IMG/VR virus record: IMGVR_UViG_3300045115_000211
Location: 49,195 to 113,194 of that record
Length of the DNA: 64,000 nucleotides
Direction: 5' to 3' (one strand)
Source: a virus
Part shown: piece by piece, positions 59,734-64,000 of the stretch
Layout: each line of letters opens with the position of its first letter
Numbering within the stretch: the first letter of the stretch is position 1
Translations under genes and position numbers: made by a program
Notes under the pieces: model-generated
Databases searched by the model: none
Seen by the model: the letters and a program-made list of their open reading frames with translations, nothing else
What the model was told of the DNA's origin: nothing

Positions 59734-59850
59734 CGGTGGAGTGGAGTGGGCGACACGGTGGGGCGTCCCGTCGGGGGCGCCCTTCCCGTCTCCTGGGTTG
59801 ACTCCCGGGCCGGCGGGTGGCATAATTGGGCGAGAAAGAGGAGGGACCGC

Positions 59851-61071
59851 ATGGCCGCCAAGGACAAGGTAGAGAGCTTCTGCTTCCTGTGCAACACGTC
59901 CGCCGACAAGGTGAAGGGCCGCCTCATCGAGGGAACCAAGGGGATGGTGTGCAGGTCGTGCGTCGAGAAGTGCGTGCGCATCTACGCCGAGCGCGACGGC
60001 AGGGCCAAGACGGCCGCCGCCCCGGCGCCCCAGAAGGCCCCGGCGCCGCGGGAGATCAAGGCGTTCCTCGACCAGTACGTCGTGGGGCAGGACCGCGCCA
60101 AGCGGGCGCTGTCGGTCGCCGTCCACAACCACTACTCGCGGGTCTTCGCCCAGGGCGACCACATGCCGGAGGTCGAGCTGGACAAGAGCAACGTGCTGCT
60201 GGTCGGCCCCACCGGCACCGGCAAGACCCTGCTCGCCCAGACCCTCGCCCGCATGCTTAAGGTCCCCTTCGCCATCTCCGACGCGACCACGCTGACCGAG
60301 GCCGGCTACGTCGGCGACGACGTGGAGAACGTGCTGCTCAGGCTCTACATGGCGGCCAACGGCGACATGGCGCGCGCCCAGATCGGCATCTGCTATATCG
60401 ACGAGATCGACAAGATCGCCAAGAAGGGCTCCGGGACGTCCATCACCCGCGACGTCAGTGGGGAGGGGGTGCAGCAGGCGCTCCTGAAGATCGTCGAGGG
60501 CACGGTCAGCAACGTGCCCCTGCACGGAGGCCGCAAGCACCCCGGAGGGGAGAACGTCCAGATGGACACGAGCAAGATCCTCTTCATCGTGGGTGGGGCT
60601 TTCGTCGGCCTTGACAAGATCGTCGAGCGCAGGGCGAAGGGCAAGGGGGTCCTCGGCTTCGGGGCCGACTCCGCCAGGACGAGGTCCGCCGAGAGGATCG
60701 AGCCGGAGGATCTGATCGAGTACGGGATGATCCCGGAGTTCGTCGGCCGCCTGCCCGTGGTGGTCGGGCTGAAGGAGCTGGGGGAGAAGGACCTGCTGGA
60801 CATCCTGGAGCGCCCCAAGAACGCCGTGCTCAAGCAGTTCGTCAAGCAGATGGCGATCGACGGAGTCAGGCTGTCCTTCGAGGACGAGGCCAAGGCCGAG
60901 ATCGCCAGGATCGCGAAGGCGCGCGGAACGGGCGCCCGCGGCCTGCGCGCGGTGGTCGAGGAGGTCATGCTGGACCTCTCCTTCGACGCGAAGGACGGGA
61001 CCGAGGTCGTGGTGACCAAGGCGATGGTGCAGGCGTCGTCGAACGGGGGCAGCGGCAACGAGGCCGCTTGA
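59851..61071 (+). CDS. clpX: ClpX unfoldase
   Basis: C4 Zn finger, [33 protein letters not shown] loop, GARGLR. Confidence 0.95.
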   Translation: MAAKDKVESFCFLCNTSADKVKGRLIEGTKGMVCRSCVEKCVRIYAERDGRAKTAAAPAPQKAPAPREIKAFLDQYVVGQDRAKRALSVAVHNHYSRVFAQGDHMPEVELDKSNVLLVGPTGTGKTLLAQTLARMLKVPFAISDATTLTEAGYVGDDVENVLLRLYMAANGDMARAQIGICYIDEIDKIAKKGSGTSITRDVSGEGVQQALLKIVEGTVSNVPLHGGRKHPGGENVQMDTSKILFIVGGAFVGLDKIVERRAKGKGVLGFGADSARTRSAERIEPEDLIEYGMIPEFVGRLPVVVGLKELGEKDLLDILERPKNAVLKQFVKQMAIDGVRLSFEDEAKAEIARIAKARGTGARGLRAVVEEVMLDLSFDAKDGTEVVVTKAMVQASSNGGSGNEAA

Positions 61072-61854
61072 CTTCCCAAGCGCGATCCGGTATGATCCAT
61101 CCATCCTCAAGTCGAGGACCAGCGAAAGGAGACCAATGAAGGCGAAGTGCGGTTCGTGCGGCAGGAACGTGGGCGTCAGGGAAGGGACGCTCGCGAAGCA
61201 CCGCGAGGGGCGCTCGAAGCCGGGACGGGCCAAGCCCGTGTGCCTCGGCGCCGGCAAGAAGGCCGGCTGGAAGCCTCCGAAGGAGACCGGGGCGCAGGCC
61301 GCCTTCTCGGACGCGGCGAAGGGGGTGGCCCCGTGAGGAGCAAGAGCTTCGAGATCAGCGCCAAGACGGAAGGGAGCATCACGGGCCGCAACGGCCACTT
61401 CCCCATCGCGGGGGTGTCCGTGTGGTCCGGGCCGACCGACGTCAAGATCGACGGCGTCGGCAGGCGCGGCTCCGCCATCCGCGGCGGGCTGCGGATCAGC
61501 CACGACGCGATGGACAGGATCGCCGTGGAGTGGCTGCGCCGGCGTGGGCTGCACAAGGGCCTCGGCCGCGTGACCATCCAGAAGGACTCCATGACGCACA
61601 GCGGCGAGTCCGAGGCCGAGATGCTCGCCCGCGAGCGCCGGGCGTTCGTCGAGTCCGTCAGGGACGACCTGCGGGCCGTCTGCTCCCTCGCCGCCACGGG
61701 GCTGGAGGTCGCCAGGGCCGAGGACCACTACGCCGAGAAACACGGGCTTCCGGCGCGCGAGGGGGACTGCGAGAGCGTCGGTGGCGAGCAGGCTCTCGCC
61801 CGCGTGAGGGGGGAGTTCGGCATCGAGGACTGACAAGGAAGGGAGGATCGTTGG

Positions 61855-61890
61855 GAGGCCGCCCGGTTGTCCGGGCGGCCTCTTGCTCTT
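61855..61890 (+). terminator. probable terminator hairpin
   Basis: 12-bp stem GAGGCCGCCCGG/CCGGGCGGCCTC followed by T-rich tail. Confidence 0.65.
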
Positions 61891-61920
61891 CAGGACCAAG
61901 CCTGCACTGTCGATCGTCGA

Positions 61921-62151
61921 CCGGAGACTGCAGTTTCATGTCGATGATCGACCAGAGGAGTCTGGGGGAGTCGACGCATGGGTTTCCTCCGCCACGCTAC
62001 CCACTCCGTCCCAGTCGGCATGCGACAAACCCCCAACAAACGTGGCGATCCTGGGCGGCGAGAAGGAGTGGTTCCGGCGCGCCCGTCGGGGAGGGAGTCA
62101 TGGGGGAGTCATGGAGTCGACGTGGAGTCGACATGATCGTTAATTCTCCGG
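61921..62151. ncRNA. candidate structured RNA or protein-binding array
   Basis: nested complementary segments and six GGAGTC copies in an intergenic gap. Confidence 0.4.
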
Positions 62152-62221
62152 ACGGCCAATCGGCCATGCTTGACTTCCGTCGCGAGGCATGGTATGCTGT
62201 CCTCCAACGATGGGGGAAGCC

Positions 62222-62812
62222 ATGCGATGGATCGTGGACAGGGACGTGGCGATGCAGGCCGGGGCGGGCGTGACGTGGCTCAAGGAGTTCCTCGGCGGCT
62301 TCGACCTGTCCCGCGTGGACTGGGTCCGCGTGGACCGGGGCAGGATGGGCGCAGGCGGGGCTTACGGGCGATGCTGGTATCCCGAAGGCAGGCGCAAGGG
62401 CTTCCGCCTGTCCTTGCAGGTCCCTGGCCCCTTCCCGCATCAGATGCTCGTGCGCCGCCGGCCGATCTACGTCGTCGACGGCGTCCGGTCCCGCGAGCTG
62501 CTGCCGGGCGAGTACGAGGGCGAGCACGTCCTCGACAACAAGGGGGGCGTCCAGAAGGCATGGATCCGGGTCAGGGCACGTGTGCCCCTTGGGTCGATAG
62601 ACGAAGCCGTCGTCTGGGTCGGGGCCCACGAGGCGTTCCACTTCCTGCGCCGCTCGCGGCAGATCCCCGGCAGGAACGGGGAGATCGAGGCCGACGCCTA
62701 TGCCGACGGGAAGCTGGCGGAGTGGAAGGCGAACCCCGCAGCCAGGCTGCACGGCATCTGGTCGGGCCTGCCGAGGCACGCCTTGAAGGCCATCGAGGAG
62801 GAGCGGGCATGA
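62222..62812 (+). CDS. zincin-like metallopeptidase
   Basis: HEAFH...EIEADAYA. Confidence 0.7.
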   Translation: MRWIVDRDVAMQAGAGVTWLKEFLGGFDLSRVDWVRVDRGRMGAGGAYGRCWYPEGRRKGFRLSLQVPGPFPHQMLVRRRPIYVVDGVRSRELLPGEYEGEHVLDNKGGVQKAWIRVRARVPLGSIDEAVVWVGAHEAFHFLRRSRQIPGRNGEIEADAYADGKLAEWKANPAARLHGIWSGLPRHALKAIEEERA

Positions 62813-63060
62813 GCGTCGAGGAGCTTGAGGCGGACGACGCGGCGGCAGCCAGGCTGCAGGCCGTCGCCGAAGCCGACCCGTCCTTCGAGGCGTTCCGCAG
62901 GCGCTGGCTCGCCCGGGAGCGCGAGGTCGCCGCCAGGGGCGACGCCCTGTGGCCAGCCCAGCACCCCTTCGAGCACGACCCGAGGAATCCCGGGATACAT
63001 CCTTGACTTCCGTGCGCCGTAGTGGTAGTATGGTCGCGTTTTCAAGAGGAGGAAGGCCAT

Positions 63061-63378
63061 ATGGGAATCTTCGGATGGTCGTATCCGCCAGGGTGCAGCT
63101 CGGTCCCGGGTGACGAGCCGACCTGGTGCGAGGTCTGCGGCGGGCAGGACATCGACCCGCGGCACGCCCGCCCCGAGCGCGGCCGCTTCGCCTGCGTGTG
63201 CCCCGAATGCCCCGAGTGCGGCGAGGTCGGCAACCCTGGCTGCTACAGGCCGGTCGCCGAGGGCGGCCACGGGCTCGTGAAGTCCGAGGCCCAGTCCAGG
63301 CAGGGCGAGGCGGTGCTGGAGATCCAGCGCAAGGCCGACGAGGACATGGCGAGGGCATACGGCAAGGAAGACGCTTGA
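63061..63378 (+). CDS. Cys-rich hypothetical protein
   Basis: GGAGG RBS; multiple CxxC. Confidence 0.6.
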   Translation: MGIFGWSYPPGCSSVPGDEPTWCEVCGGQDIDPRHARPERGRFACVCPECPECGEVGNPGCYRPVAEGGHGLVKSEAQSRQGEAVLEIQRKADEDMARAYGKEDA

Positions 63379-63464
63379 CATCCTCCGCGGGAAATGGTAG
63401 GATGCCCGCGTTGAAAGTCGAGGAAGGAAACTGAGGGCGTCGGACATCGTGGAGGTCAACTGAC

Positions 63465-63914
63465 ATGAGCAAGAGGTTGACGACGGCGGCGAGGAAGGTC
63501 CTGTGCGAGTGCGGGTTCGACCGCAAGAAGCACAGGACGGCGGACCCGAAGGCCAACAGCGACCGCGTATCCGTGTCGGCGGCCCTGCTGGTCGCCCTGC
63601 ACGACGCGGCGGCGGACGTCCCGAAGGCGACCGAGGGGCTGCCGTGGACCGTGGAGGAGCTCAAGCGGCGCAAGGACAAGGAAGGGTTCGTCAGGGCGGT
63701 CCTGCCGCTGGACATCGCCGAGCTCGGGGTGGGCGTGGACTGTCTGAACGACGTGTCCTCGCGTGCGATCACGGGCGACGAGTCAGCGCTGGAGGACATC
63801 TCCTACCGCCCCGTGGGGGTGGACGGCGACAGCGTGCTGGTCGAGGTCACGGGGAACGTGGACGGGTGGCTCCAGCGGCACGAGGACGAGCCGGCCGAGG
63901 AGGAGGTCCCGTGA
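63465..63914 (+). CDS. hypothetical protein
   Basis: GGAGG RBS; promoter 63375. Confidence 0.65.
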   Translation: MSKRLTTAARKVLCECGFDRKKHRTADPKANSDRVSVSAALLVALHDAAADVPKATEGLPWTVEELKRRKDKEGFVRAVLPLDIAELGVGVDCLNDVSSRAITGDESALEDISYRPVGVDGDSVLVEVTGNVDGWLQRHEDEPAEEEVP

Positions 63915-64000
63915 GCGACGGGATCCAGAGGCGCGTGGTGTGCGCCGCCGTCCGATCGCCGGAGGGGCTGGTGGTGTGCGGGCCAAGGCACCTCGATCCA

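Noticed and set aside
45563-61899. Very long minus-strand ORFs (45563..48511, 53910..56642, 58969..61899)
   Set aside because: Antisense shadows of recognisable + strand genes in GC-rich DNA; no motifs
1-64000. Genome-wide TAG-to-Gln recoding
   Set aside because: Many genes end cleanly in TAG followed by an RBS or a new gene (310, 7707, 11311, 14058, 20312); only one internal TAG was seen
1-64000. tRNA, rRNA, integrase or transposase genes
   Set aside because: None recognised by eye; tRNAscan-SE and HMM searches would be needed to exclude them

Overview
A 64-kb GC-rich segment that reads as the accessory/early region of a large (probably jumbo) bacteriophage. Short genes are densely packed and almost all on the + strand, with frequent ATGA overlaps, and no structural or core replication genes are seen. 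About 24 near-identical sigma70-type promoters (TTGACT-N17-[C/T]AnnnT) punctuate it. A Rhodopirellula/Verrucomicrobium-type ECF sigma factor hints at a PVC-superphylum host (inference). The centrepiece is an adaptation-less type I-C CRISPR-Cas locus in the non-canonical order cas7-cas5-cas8c(+internal cas11)-cas3, followed by a 22-repeat leaderless array. Upstream of it is a solitary repeat/short spacer/degenerate repeat unit whose spacer matches the cas promoter next to a TTC PAM, a candidate RNA-guided autorepressor. The window also carries three dispersed CoA-pathway enzymes (CoaD-HD fusion, stand-alone CoaB, HAL3-like CoaC-M23 fusion) and six low-GC free-standing homing endonucleases. Other recognisable genes are ClpX, GalE, a GHKL ATPase, an AAA ATPase, a PLD nuclease, methyltransferases (one split by an in-frame TAG) and an ADP-ribosyltransferase-like gene. 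A sharp GC-skew flip with iteron-like repeats at ~42.3 kb is a candidate origin, and two intergenic regions look like structured RNAs. All family calls come from motif recognition by eye; no searches were run.
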